This document shows positions 24,305 through 35,883 of a stretch of 38,292 nucleotides of DNA, piece by piece. The notes beneath the pieces were generated by a model. It did not search any database, was not told the origin of the DNA, and worked only from the letters and a program-made list of their open reading frames with translations. Source of the DNA: Seison nebaliae (lineage: Eukaryota); contig JALJEE010000683.1 in NCBI GenBank assembly GCA_023231475.1, positions 1-38,292 of the forward strand. The letters run 5' to 3'. The position numbers were made by a program, and so were the translations under genes. How positions within the stretch are numbered: position 1 is the stretch's first letter; each line of letters starts with the position of its first letter.

Positions 24305-26121
24305 TAATAATAATGGTTCGATATCATCATCGAGAATAGTTGACAATAATAATGAGACAATGGAAGAGAATAAAGAGATTTCGAATATTTTGGATGAAGC
24401 AATTATGAAAGATTATCATGAAAGTTTACGACGATTAAGTAGAAACAATGAACAATTTGAAAACAATTATAGTTCGATGAATCAGATCATTCGCTCATTT
24501 CATGTTGGAGAAAAGATGAATGCATCTCAAACAGATCCTATAAATACCTCACACTTTGATCGTAATCTAGCTGATCATAACGAATCGTTAAAAAAATTGG
24601 CATCTTCTTCCGCATCCTCCTTATCACGCAACGATCATTCGAAACCAGATCATCGATTCTCTTCAGAAAGAATGGAGAATAATTTCAATCCAATCGTCTC
24701 GAGCGATTTTATCAATTTAAACGACAATGATCAATTCTCGTCCTATCCACCACCACCACCTCTACCGCCCCAAATTCCATGTTCGCAAGTCAATCAACCA
24801 ATTGCCGCATCGGCCTCCGCCACTAATTGTTTCAGTTTGGACAAGAATCCCATGGTCATTAATCGTAAATCGAACGATCAAGTCACTTATAAACAATCGG
24901 TATCTATCAGATATCTCCAACCGGAAACACCGTCACCTCCTCCACCAATCGTCATTAAAGAAGTTCGTCCAGCAACTCCTCCACCCGAACCACCTGTAAT
25001 AGTTCAACAACGACCAAATGAACCAAGAACACCATCACCAATTATCTTACGAGAGAAACCACCAGAACTAACACCAACACCAGAACCACAAACCATAACG
25101 AAAACGTTGGAACCACCACCACCACCACCTCGTCGTGTGGTAATTGAACGAATGCCAGCATTACCCCCGAAACCACGACCGATTTATGTTGAACGATGGT
25201 TACCAATTGAACGTCCTAAAAGGAAAGTGATAGTTCAAAGAGAAATTATGAAACGACGAGATGATCCTGACAATAACCGAAATGTAATAATTGAATGGAC
25301 ACCGAAAACTTCTCGAATAGTTCCAAAAATTCATAATTTGGGTGTGACGAAAATGAATCCCAAAATTTATGCTGCCCAACATTCTCGAGATATTCGTTCG
25401 GTTGATGAATTGAATTCTCTTCTCCCATCAACTGCCAGAAATGTCATCGATCGATGTTATCAGGATATTCATGTGGAGAAGAAGAAACGTGATCGAACAC
25501 CCACATATCATCGTAGTCGTAGTATTGACGGATTGATTCGTGATGATCGATTATTCTCCAAACCGACAACATCTCATTCTCTGGACAACATTCTCCGAAC
25601 TACAAATGAAGCTGATCATCATTTAATTTTAGATGCACTTCAATCAACCGAATCTGAATTCAATCATCAACAACAACAACGAAATTATTCAAATTCAACA
25701 AATCATCGAAATTATTCGATTGAACGTGACATCAATTATCAACCAAATCCATATTCGACTTATCGTAATATTCATTTGAACAATCCGTTAAACGAATGTT
25801 TCTCCCAATCATCCGATATGTTAAATCAATCTTCTTATTTCGGAATGGAACAACAACAACAACAAGAACAACAACAACAATTACAATACCATCAACAACA
25901 ACAACGACAACAACAATTCAATAATATGAGTTATTTATTAATTTTTACTTTTTTTAATAATTGACAAATATTTTTCTTTTCCAGATTTCCATTGTAATGG
26001 TGGTACATTATCGGATGTCGTCAATCTCTACAGGAAACAAGGATGGGTTTGTCATCCACAACAACAACAATACTCATCGTGTATTGCTCAGCAACCACAA
26101 CCTTATTTGGGATATTGTTAA
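23274..26121 (+). CDS. Large low-complexity protein (polyN, polyQ) with a conserved Pro-rich module
   Basis: 896-codon ORF plus an intron gttatt..ccag (~25930-25984) leading to a further exon ending at 26121 (or spliced on to ~26275). The Pro-rich block runs YKQSVSIRYLQPETP..RRVVIERMPALPPKPRPIYVERWLP..RNVIIEW. Confidence 0.85.
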
Positions 26122-26494
26122 ATTTCCAAAAAAAAAATTTCTAAAAAATTCTTAAACAAAATTTGAAAAAAAAATTTCCGAAAACAAATTTTAAAAAAAT
26201 TATTTCCAAAATGAAAATTTTGAAGAAACTTTCACAGTGAATTTTATAGTTTTATCCATCATCCATCGCCAGTAGTTCCTTTCTCAACTTCAAATTATTT
26301 TCCCATTTTTTTTATTATTTTCTTCACACAACGACGAACGTTTCAGTATCGATAATTAATTTTGTTCTTATCAACATCTTATTTGCCTTTTTTCATTTTA
26401 GAAGATCGATTTTCATTTTTTTCATCATAAACTCAATAATAAGAATTTCATCCAATTCATTCATTTTAAATTAAAGAAAAACTTTTAAACTTTA

Positions 26495-29400
26495 TTAACG
26501 ACGAATCGTCGAGAATCGCGAAATGAGAAGAGATTTATAAGTTTCACATTCATCACAATTCATGTCGGAAATTTCTTCATTTTCTTTGTTGAACAATTTC
26601 CATTCATTCTTCGTATAATTAACGACGACATTTTTTGGACTACCAATTAATTGATAAACCGAAAATGATGAGGAAGTTGACATATTTTCTCGTAACCATT
26701 GAAAGGAAGCTGGAGACGATTCATAAAATTCGGAGAATAAATTATCAATGGAAAAAATTGTTAGATTTGTCAACTTAATCGATTTGTTTCCTTCTTTCTC
26801 AATCAATGAGAAAATTTGATGAAAAAATCGATAATAAAGAATTGCCGAAGAATTAGTGGAGATGACGACTAAATTCCAAAAAACGAGTTGGATCAATTGA
26901 TTGAAATAGAAGGAGAGAGAAAGATCGTCGACAAATTTCGATCGAATGATATCTTTCCATTCTAATTGATCAATTAATAAATTAAATTTGGTAGCTGGAG
27001 AGACGATAAATTGATGAAATGATTTCTGATTCCATTTGATGGAATTGAAGAGAATTCGATTAATAAATAAAATTGGGAGAATACTCGAATCTTTCGAGAT
27101 GATTTGTTGAATATCCTCATTTTGTACATTCATCAAATCGAATAACATGAAAAAAATAGAAGAATTATTTGAACATTCCAAAGAATTATTGAAGAAACGA
27201 TCGATAATTTTTAATGGAATTCCATCAAACGGCCAATAATGAATGAGAGACAGAAAGATGAATTCCATAAGATCTTTATATAAATTCTTCTTTTCTCGAT
27301 TACTATTAATCGATATCGATTCTTCTTCAAATAATTTTATGAAATCATTTGATAATTTTGTCGATCGAATCGATTTTTTTCCATTCTCTCTGGTGAATTG
27401 ATGGAATTTATTTCCATATAATTTCAAAAATTTAATATCATCAATATTCTCGATTTCGATCCATTTCTCCGATTGTTCATTATTGTGATGAAGGAAAAAT
27501 AATTGTTCGATTGATGACCAAAATTCTGAAAATAATTCATGTTCATTCAAATGGAAAGAAAATGTCAATGTCATTTTTGTTGTTACTGCGATCAACGTTT
27601 TCAGTAGAATTCGATTACGGTTCGTTTCTTGCAATTCTTTAAAACATCTTCTGGTTATTCGAACGAAATGTTTCGTTAACGAATTCATTTCAATTCGAAA
27701 TTGGCGAAAGAAATTTTCGGATAAATTTTCCATCAAATCGATTGCCAATATTGATAAAAAATATAATTCCCGATCGAGTTCGATACGTAGAAGAATTGAT
27801 CGATGTCGATTAAGAAGTTCGTCAAATATGGAGAAATATAACATGAAATATTTCATATTCTCTTCAAAATGACAATTATTTTGAAAAACCATCAAACTGG
27901 CGATGGCACATTGAACTAATTGATTCTCTTCTTTCTTCTTATTTTTCATCAATTCCATCACTTCGATTAGAGCGCGAAATTTTGCTGGTTGATTCTCATC
28001 ATATTTCTTAACGTAATAAATGGATAGCCAACCATCTTTTGTTCGATTAATTTCATCATTATTCAAATCAATGACCAAACGGAAATTTTTCAATTCCTCC
28101 AAATTTATTTTCGTTCCAATTTCATATTTCGGTATGATCAAATGAAGTAACGAAACGATATGTAATCGATAGTGTTGTTCATTCGTCAGAGAATCGATTG
28201 TTAAAATCGATTCCATTAATGACGTAATTAATTCATCTTCAACATTTCCCGATGATGATGATGAATCGTCAACAACACCGAATGATAAAGTGATTAATTT
28301 ATTTAATAAATTATCGATTGTGGAGAATTGTGCTGATGAAATTAATTTCTTCATTAAAATCGAATAAAATCTTCTTCCATATTCGTTGAATTGAGAGGAC
28401 GAACGTTGAAGTGAATTATTCAATTTGAATAGACCAACATAACAAGCCAAAGTCAATTTACCGATCCAAATGTCAGACCATTTATTCGGATTGGATCTCA
28501 TTTCACAAACCATCATATTCTCTCTCAATTCCAATGTCATTCCACTTTCTAATTCTAATTGATCGGTTAGAATAATGGCGATATAAAAGTAGAAAATTGA
28601 TTTCCATGGCAACGGTGTTAAATAATGTTCATTTTCAATATGTCCATGAGCGAATGACGTTTGTTGTTGATGTGTTGCTGTCGAAAATTCGAATTCTTCC
28701 AAATAGAAAGTGGAGGAATGTTTTAAACGTTTCAACAAATTCTTCATTAACAGACGACCATTTTCTTCTTTTCTCGAAATGAAATATTGAATGACGATTA
28801 GAAAGCGTTCGAAACATTTGGTAAAATAAGAGAAAATTTCATTTTTATTCTTCTCATCAAAAATATTGGATGGAGATAAAAATACTTTATCTTTTTCAAA
28901 TAATTGATGACATTCTCTTAAACTGTCGATATTGATGGAACAAATATCAGCTCCATGAAACTTTCCATCATGTAATTGATAGAAAGTGATGGAAATGATT
29001 TCGATTAAATAAATTAAATTCGATAAGAATATTTGAGGTAAATGTAATTGATAATTCTTCTTCAGAAATAAAATCGAATAGAAATTAAATAAAGTGAAAA
29101 GGATTTTCCCATATTCAATGAGTAAATTCGAATCATTCGATTCACCAATAAATTTTTTCATCGAATTCGATAAGAAGAATTGGAGAAGATTTTCAATCTC
29201 ATCACCTAATTCATGATAATGTTCATGAGAATATAATTCGAAGAATATAGAAGAAACAAATCGATTGATTTGATGGAAATATTGATTTGTCAATTCATCG
29301 ATAATTGGAGAGGAAATGATGACGTTGTAAAATCGGATCAATTTTCGATTTTCTTCCTCTGAATTTTTCTTTGTCCATTCCCAAATCTCTTTCGCACTCA

Positions 29401-32400
29401 ATGAATCATTTATTATTTTCATTAAACAATTCATCATAATTTGACGACTAATTACACGTTTATTGAGAAGATTTTCAAATTGTTCGATTAAATTCAAAAT
29501 TTCATTTTTTCCAAGTACAATTTTCAGATTAATATTTCTTTCAAATAAATCATAATTTCGATCATATCTCTCTTTTAGACGTGTAGCAGCAATCTTGTAA
29601 TTGGAGAAGGAATTTGAATGAAGTAAAAATATTCCGATATTGAAATGAGATCGAAACCGTTCTGATGGTTTCAATTCTCGAAGGAATAACATATATTTCC
29701 TATAAATTCGTCGCCAACGTTCATTTCCATTTAAACGATTCAAAAAATACCAGAAATCATTCGAATGGAAAATAGTAAAATAAAGAAATGAGACAATTTT
29801 GAGATTTGTTCGCAAATCGAGACAATGTGACAAATATCGTAATAAATCGATAGTGGCCGATTGGAGAGAATTGTTGGGAAGATCTCTCGTATATTTCTCG
29901 ATAATTTTCATGAAATTTATTCTTGATTTCTCATCGATAATGAGAGAAATATTTCGAAATTGAATTGCCAACACTTTCCCCAACAAATCCGTAATGATGA
30001 TTTCCCATCCGAATTTTTCACAGTAGAAATCATCAGGAATTGACGACAATAAATAGAGAGAATTGGGAATGGAATTTGGAATGATTTCTTGATCGGGAAT
30101 AATCGAATTTGTCGAAAACAATCTCACATAATTCAAAGAACATAAACACGCTTCGATTAATTCGAGTGAAATTTCGAGATTATTCTGTTCATTTTCATCT
30201 TCTAATAATGTCACACAATTCATCAGAATTAAATTTCTCATAATCGGTAGAGGAATTGATGAAGGAATTTCATATATAAATCTTCCATTTTCCAATGTCT
30301 TCCGATTCAAATGAAGTAGTAAATGCATTCGATTTAATGGTAAATTATCGATGATTGTCGTCGAATTAATTGTGGGATTGAGTATTAGCATTTTATAATT
30401 TTCATGATTTGCTACCAGATTAACAGGTTTTTCATTATTTTCTGTTTTGAATCCATTTAAAATGGTGGAGATGATGAATGAGGAATATAAATGAATTTGT
30501 AAGGTCATCGTTGATGATAAATGGAGATAACGAGAGATTTTATTTGTGAAGAATGATAACAATTTTAATTTGAATTCCAATCGATTTTTTGGAGAGATAT
30601 CAATTAATTGTTTAATACATCTCTCTAATAGAATGCTCATGAAAACGTTCTCATAAATTTGTGTGTCTTGTGAGATCATTCGCACAGTCAAATGAGACAT
30701 GATTGATAAGAGATGGACAAATGACCAATTTTTCATAATTTCTTTATCGAACATTCTTTCTAAAATGATGAAAGTGAATTCTTTCCAATTTTCATTTGAT
30801 GGATTTCTTTCGATATTTCTTTTCATTTCATTCTTCATTATTTCATCACTAGTAAATATTTCCACTATCTGATTGACGGTATTATTCGTCATTTGACATT
30901 TCTTCGATGACAATTGTTCCATTAATTGAGTCGATGTTAATAATTCAGGATGGACATAAAATTTCTCATAATTCTTCATCGATTCCACATGATAATCGTC
31001 GGAAATATATCCAATTAATTTGAGTTGTAAAATCTCTTTCAATCGTTTCTCTTGACCATATTGACATAAATGAGTGAAAGGGAAATCATGTGCTCCATAT
31101 AATCTCTTTATATATTCCCTTATCTTTCCATAATCGATTGAGAAATGATGAGGAATATTTCGAATTTCCATCATTTCGATAAGTAATATGGTGAAATAAT
31201 TATCATAAATTAAACTCGATTCTCTTCCAATTATTTCCAATAATTTCTCAATTAATATAATATATTCTCTCCAATATAATGGGAGAAGTGATTGATGAGA
31301 AATCGTTTTAAAATCGATAAGAAAACGAAATTCCTTCAAATTAATTTCATGAGAAAATTCGTTAAATGGAAGAGGAGAGAAATTGAGCAAATTCACCAAA
31401 TTCCTTAAAAAACGTAAATATAATGTCATCACTTTAAACTCCTTCAACGAACACGATTTCACTTCATCCAAAACATTTCCATATTGGCAAATGAGAAAAT
31501 CCGTTTCCAAACCGCTATTTTCAAAACGTAATTTTTTATCTAATATTTCTCCTTTTGAATTATATCGTTTATTAGTTGATGTCAAATCGAAATAATTTGA
31601 ATTTTTCAAATCATCATTCACTCGATGACTGATGGAATTGAATTTGTTGAATGTGTTTGTCCAAATATTCTCATCCATCCTCTCATTCGCTAAGGAATAA
31701 ATGATGTTATAATAAAATCGGAATTCTCTTCCTGAACCACGAACTTCTTTCCCACCACCGATATCGTCTATGATTTGATAGATTAAACTTCTCACTTTAT
31801 TGACGATGGAGGAAATTCGATTTTTCAATTTCCATTTGAAATTGAGTGGAATATCTCCAAGAATCTTCCCCATATCTTTATGGAAATATATCAAGAAAAT
31901 ATCGTATAATTTCTCAGCTAAATCGACATCATCAAAATATTTCACACATCTGGCGATGGTGGTTACGACGGAAACCATCGAATTATAGAATTCGTCAGAA
32001 ATGACGGCAAAAATAAGTGCACATCTTAACGTCTCTTCTACCAATTCTACACAATGATGACCATCGAAAAATAATTTTTCTTCTAAACTCCAAAATAAAA
32101 TAGATAATAATTCAAAAAGTTTAATGACAATTTTCGGTTTGTTCTGATGACGTTCCATCGAATGTCGAATTAAAATATAATATCGTTGACCCAATTCATA
32201 TGTCCATTCCCAATGACATTTATTTAACGACTCCTTCATATATTGGATAGATAATTCTAATAATTGATGATTATTTCCATTACGCTCACTTAACATCACA
32301 TCGATAAATGACAAATATGATAATTCTTTTAATTCTAATTTGAAATTAGAATTGAAAAACATTTCCGAATAAACATCGAGAAAGAATGGAAGTTTCTTTA

Positions 32401-33625
32401 GAATTTTTTGTTTTAATCGAATTCCTGATTGTGATTGACCATCATTCAATTCTTTAATTTCTTTCAAAATTTTATTCGATTTATCATATGAACATGAACC
32501 AACGAATAATATGAGAAGTTGTTTCATTAAATCGATAAAAAAATTAGATTCACATTTCTTCAATTCTTTCAATTCTTTCCCTAACAATTCATCGATTTTT
32601 TCAATTATCATCGTCTTCCCATCAACTGATCCAACGAAAAGAATTTTCCAAAAATACATGTTCAAATGAACATTCATCTTTTTGAGAATTAATTCAAATA
32701 TCATCATTTTAATCAATGGTAATTCATTGAAAATTGATTGGGGAATGTTGAGAAGATAATTATCATAATTCTTCAATAATTCTTGATCAATAAATTCCTC
32801 ATGAAAATATTTCAATATCAATTTCATCTCATTATAAGATGACAATGTCATAGAATTGGGTGGACCACCAATTAAAACGGTTTGATCATTCTCATTATTA
32901 TTCTCCATCAATTCATCATCATCGATTGATGATAAATCTTTCGTTTCATAAATTTGTTCAACATCGAATTTTATTCTCTTATTTTTATTGATTAATTTAC
33001 TCTCATCCAAATTCTTCATTTTCTCATCAATTTCCAATTCGAATGAATATCGATGAGAATATGGTAAGAGGAAAATCTTATAAAAAAATGACATCCAAAA
33101 TTCTTCTTTCTTCTCACAATCACAAATCTTCTTCCATTGCCAATCGAATTTATGAAAATCTTTACAATAATGATATGAAGGAAGAAGATAAAGAAATATT
33201 CGATAAATCATCATATGGATCATGGGAACTTCCAGAAGTGGCATTTCCAGAAATTTTATCAATAATTCTTGTTGATCAGATTTCTTTAAGAATTGACAAA
33301 TCTTTATAATATGAATCAGTATCATAACCTTATATGATTTATTTTCCACATTCTCAAGTAACAAGAATAATTCTTCCATTTGGAAACTTGCGAACGATTT
33401 AATCACTTCAACATCTCCATTGACGAATTGTTCTTTCATCAACGAATAAAAGGAATTTGTATAATTCATAAATTCTTTCATCGAAAATCTCTCAACATTT
33501 CCTTTATCAAGAGCGTGGAATAATCGAACAAGATTCTCATTTAAATAAGAAATTTTGAAATAAATCGAATTCTCTTTTTTACCAATTTGTTGTCGGAACT
33601 CATGAAAAAATTTTTGGAAATCCAT
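26495..33625 (-). CDS. 2376-aa intronless hypothetical protein, Leu/Ile/Phe/Glu/Lys/Asn-rich, probably largely alpha-helical
   Basis: A 7131-nt stop-free frame in very AT-rich DNA is not plausibly chance. No recognised motif. Confidence 0.9.
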   Translation of the reverse strand: MDFQKFFHEFRQQIGKKENSIYFKISYLNENLVRLFHALDKGNVERFSMKEFMNYTNSFYSLMKEQFVNGDVEVIKSFASFQMEELFLLLENVENKSYKVMILIHIIKICQFLKKSDQQELLIKFLEMPLLEVPMIHMMIYRIFLYLLPSYHYCKDFHKFDWQWKKICDCEKKEEFWMSFFYKIFLLPYSHRYSFELEIDEKMKNLDESKLINKNKRIKFDVEQIYETKDLSSIDDDELMENNNENDQTVLIGGPPNSMTLSSYNEMKLILKYFHEEFIDQELLKNYDNYLLNIPQSIFNELPLIKMMIFELILKKMNVHLNMYFWKILFVGSVDGKTMIIEKIDELLGKELKELKKCESNFFIDLMKQLLILFVGSCSYDKSNKILKEIKELNDGQSQSGIRLKQKILKKLPFFLDVYSEMFFNSNFKLELKELSYLSFIDVMLSERNGNNHQLLELSIQYMKESLNKCHWEWTYELGQRYYILIRHSMERHQNKPKIVIKLFELLSILFWSLEEKLFFDGHHCVELVEETLRCALIFAVISDEFYNSMVSVVTTIARCVKYFDDVDLAEKLYDIFLIYFHKDMGKILGDIPLNFKWKLKNRISSIVNKVRSLIYQIIDDIGGGKEVRGSGREFRFYYNIIYSLANERMDENIWTNTFNKFNSISHRVNDDLKNSNYFDLTSTNKRYNSKGEILDKKLRFENSGLETDFLICQYGNVLDEVKSCSLKEFKVMTLYLRFLRNLVNLLNFSPLPFNEFSHEINLKEFRFLIDFKTISHQSLLPLYWREYIILIEKLLEIIGRESSLIYDNYFTILLIEMMEIRNIPHHFSIDYGKIREYIKRLYGAHDFPFTHLCQYGQEKRLKEILQLKLIGYISDDYHVESMKNYEKFYVHPELLTSTQLMEQLSSKKCQMTNNTVNQIVEIFTSDEIMKNEMKRNIERNPSNENWKEFTFIILERMFDKEIMKNWSFVHLLSIMSHLTVRMISQDTQIYENVFMSILLERCIKQLIDISPKNRLEFKLKLLSFFTNKISRYLHLSSTMTLQIHLYSSFIISTILNGFKTENNEKPVNLVANHENYKMLILNPTINSTTIIDNLPLNRMHLLLHLNRKTLENGRFIYEIPSSIPLPIMRNLILMNCVTLLEDENEQNNLEISLELIEACLCSLNYVRLFSTNSIIPDQEIIPNSIPNSLYLLSSIPDDFYCEKFGWEIIITDLLGKVLAIQFRNISLIIDEKSRINFMKIIEKYTRDLPNNSLQSATIDLLRYLSHCLDLRTNLKIVSFLYFTIFHSNDFWYFLNRLNGNERWRRIYRKYMLFLRELKPSERFRSHFNIGIFLLHSNSFSNYKIAATRLKERYDRNYDLFERNINLKIVLGKNEILNLIEQFENLLNKRVISRQIMMNCLMKIINDSLSAKEIWEWTKKNSEEENRKLIRFYNVIISSPIIDELTNQYFHQINRFVSSIFFELYSHEHYHELGDEIENLLQFFLSNSMKKFIGESNDSNLLIEYGKILFTLFNFYSILFLKKNYQLHLPQIFLSNLIYLIEIISITFYQLHDGKFHGADICSINIDSLRECHQLFEKDKVFLSPSNIFDEKNKNEIFSYFTKCFERFLIVIQYFISRKEENGRLLMKNLLKRLKHSSTFYLEEFEFSTATHQQQTSFAHGHIENEHYLTPLPWKSIFYFYIAIILTDQLELESGMTLELRENMMVCEMRSNPNKWSDIWIGKLTLACYVGLFKLNNSLQRSSSQFNEYGRRFYSILMKKLISSAQFSTIDNLLNKLITLSFGVVDDSSSSSGNVEDELITSLMESILTIDSLTNEQHYRLHIVSLLHLIIPKYEIGTKINLEELKNFRLVIDLNNDEINRTKDGWLSIYYVKKYDENQPAKFRALIEVMELMKNKKKEENQLVQCAIASLMVFQNNCHFEENMKYFMLYFSIFDELLNRHRSILLRIELDRELYFLSILAIDLMENLSENFFRQFRIEMNSLTKHFVRITRRCFKELQETNRNRILLKTLIAVTTKMTLTFSFHLNEHELFSEFWSSIEQLFFLHHNNEQSEKWIEIENIDDIKFLKLYGNKFHQFTRENGKKSIRSTKLSNDFIKLFEEESISINSNREKKNLYKDLMEFIFLSLIHYWPFDGIPLKIIDRFFNNSLECSNNSSIFFMLFDLMNVQNEDIQQIISKDSSILPILFINRILFNSIKWNQKSFHQFIVSPATKFNLLIDQLEWKDIIRSKFVDDLSLSFYFNQLIQLVFWNLVVISTNSSAILYYRFFHQIFSLIEKEGNKSIKLTNLTIFSIDNLFSEFYESSPASFQWLRENMSTSSSFSVYQLIGSPKNVVVNYTKNEWKLFNKENEEISDMNCDECETYKSLLISRFSTIRR

Positions 33626-33916
33626 TTTTATTATCTCTACAATTTCAGAAGAGGAAATAAAACTTAAAATTCAAAATATATTTCATATTAGTCATGTGAA
33701 TTATTAGGAATTTTTGAAATTTTATTAATTACTTTTAAATGCTCAAAAATTGAATTTAATTTACAAATATTCATTCGTGGTTTATTCGGGAAAAGATTTT
33801 TGAAAAAAAAACTCAAAACAAAAATTGATCGTTTGTAAAAGATATTTGGAGATCTCATTCCGATCGTCAGATAAATGGTTGTTTCATTAACAATACTTCA
33901 TTTCAACATTTGACGA

Positions 33917-34906
33917 ATGGAAAAATTGAGACGTTTGATGAAATCTCATGAAATTATTCAATCGATCAGTAAAGGAAAGAATCAATATATTATTGGGAAT
34001 TTGGGATGGCAGATATTGAACAATATCATGGACGAATGGAAATTATTTCATGTTCATTCTCAATCCGTTTTCATGAAATCATTCCATCCAATCGATGAGA
34101 TGACAAAAAAGAAAATTTCTATAAAAGATCATCGATTAATTAATGAATATGTAACGATATCAATCGATCGATTTCCATCTATTCATCAATTGACATGGAA
34201 AGAGCAAATTCTTTTCGAAGTTTTTGATTATAAAACTGATGGAAATAATTTGAATTTGTTAAATTATTCGAGAAGTATTGTGTGTTGGTGGAAGGAACAT
34301 CTTTATCGATCAGAGAATTTAAAATTGATAGAATCATCTCCGAACAATCACGAAATTAATTATCAATTTAATTCATATGAAATTCCTCTAATTCGTGTCA
34401 ATTTGTCAAATGATGTCAATTCGATTTATTCAATGAATAACATTCTCATAAGTCTCTTCGTCGATGGATTAGAATCGACGAATGAAAAATATGAAGGAAA
34501 TAAGATTGAAGATAAGGAAGAAATCGAAATCATCAAAGATTTTCGCCTTTTACTCCATCCGACATTCTGTCCATGGAAAATTGCTTTATTTCTCAACGGA
34601 AACGATTGTCAATTGGAGGAACGTGGAAAGTTGTTGAAAGAGATTGCAGCGAATTATCAAAATAAAATAAATAAACTGAAAGTAATCCGATTTCTTCCTG
34701 TTGAGATAATGACGAACGAGAAAATACAAATAATGAATTGTGACAAATTGTCCATTCCGATCGTGATCCTTTTCGACAACGAAACGATCGAAAGCGGAAT
34801 GTGTAAAATAAGAAATCGGAATTCTCGAATATTCACCACCGTTCATTTATCACATTTAATTAATGCGATTCGTGATACTTTCCTGTTGAGGAAAGGTCTT
34901 TATTAG
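33917..34906 (+). CDS. POLG2: Mitochondrial DNA polymerase gamma accessory subunit (divergent)
   Basis: GNLGWQILNNIMDEW resembles GPLGxxLRxNLxxEW. LLLHPTFCPWKIAL resembles LKLHPCLAPIKVAL. CDKLSIPIVILFDNETIESGMCKIRNRNSRIFTTVHLSHL matches the C-terminal anticodon-binding-like domain of POLG2. Confidence 0.78.
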   Translation: MEKLRRLMKSHEIIQSISKGKNQYIIGNLGWQILNNIMDEWKLFHVHSQSVFMKSFHPIDEMTKKKISIKDHRLINEYVTISIDRFPSIHQLTWKEQILFEVFDYKTDGNNLNLLNYSRSIVCWWKEHLYRSENLKLIESSPNNHEINYQFNSYEIPLIRVNLSNDVNSIYSMNNILISLFVDGLESTNEKYEGNKIEDKEEIEIIKDFRLLLHPTFCPWKIALFLNGNDCQLEERGKLLKEIAANYQNKINKLKVIRFLPVEIMTNEKIQIMNCDKLSIPIVILFDNETIESGMCKIRNRNSRIFTTVHLSHLINAIRDTFLLRKGLY

Positions 34907-35883
34907 AAATCACATTCTTCTATTTTAAATTGAGAATTTGGAAAAAATAAAATTTGAATCCTTTTAAAATTGTTAGCTTCGATTTTGTTTTATCAGTTAT
35001 ATCCATTCATCGATTGTGTTGTGAGATCGGACAACAACTGGATATTGTGGAATCTACAATTAATCATTTGTATCGGAACTATCGATTCTGAGTCATTTTT
35101 CTCAGTTGTGGCCCATATCCACCAAATCACTCATCATCAATTATCATAAAACGATGAAAGACGATGAACTTCGATTTAGAATTAATGAATCTTGTTCGAA
35201 AGTGTTGAAGAAAATTATGGCAAGAAATGTGGCAGGATACGAAGCATCATTTACAATTCTCTGATCATAAAATGAATATTCATATGAACTCATATGATTC
35301 ATAAAAAATATTATTGAACTATTTCTCAAGTGTTTAGAAATTCAATTAGTTATTCATTCCATTTCATGCATCTTTTAGTTTTTACCCATTTCTTCAGTAT
35401 TGCTCAAAATTATTCACTAAAAACGGTGCTAGAAATTGGGAAAAAAAGAAATATGTGAAATGATCATAATTTTTTTGGCAATAAATGTTACTGATCTTGT
35501 TGGTTAATCAAATCGATTATTATATTAATATTATTCAATTGTGAATAATGAGCAAAATTTTACCATTGTAAGTTAAATTTTACATATTTTTCTGTTATTT
35601 AATCTTGCAGTTTCTAAAGATATGACCCGCTTATTTAAAATTTATTCATTATACATATATTTCGATAAAAAATAGAAATGGTTCTAAAGTTTTGAAACCC
35701 TGTTTATATTAAAAACATATTATTAGTAAGAATAAGAACTACGTTGATAATTCTTCCCAAAACTTTTCTGAACTGGAGTTATCTGAAAGTAGTTGATTCT
35801 GTTCGCAGTTCGGCGCTTCCAGTTCTGACCTGAAGAAGTTCTTCTAAATCATTATTTTTAAAAATTTGGAAAGAAAAAATTTT

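Noticed and set aside
24021..24339. Poly-Ile ORFs on alternative frames
   Set aside because: Artefacts of the (AAT)n tract that encodes polyN in the real gene.
26495..33625. Endogenised negative-strand RNA virus L polymerase (similar size; contains NKWS and ISDD strings)
   Set aside because: The SDD lies far N-terminal of the KWS, which is the wrong order for motifs A and C. The motif A Asp is absent and no motif B is visible.
495..34906. Non-standard genetic code
   Set aside because: TAA, TAG and TGA all terminate conserved genes, and apparent internal stops are all explained by short introns.
34990..35330. Possible small gene or pseudogene downstream of POLG2
   Set aside because: Only short open frames (about 65 codons or fewer), with no consistent splice model or recognisable homology.
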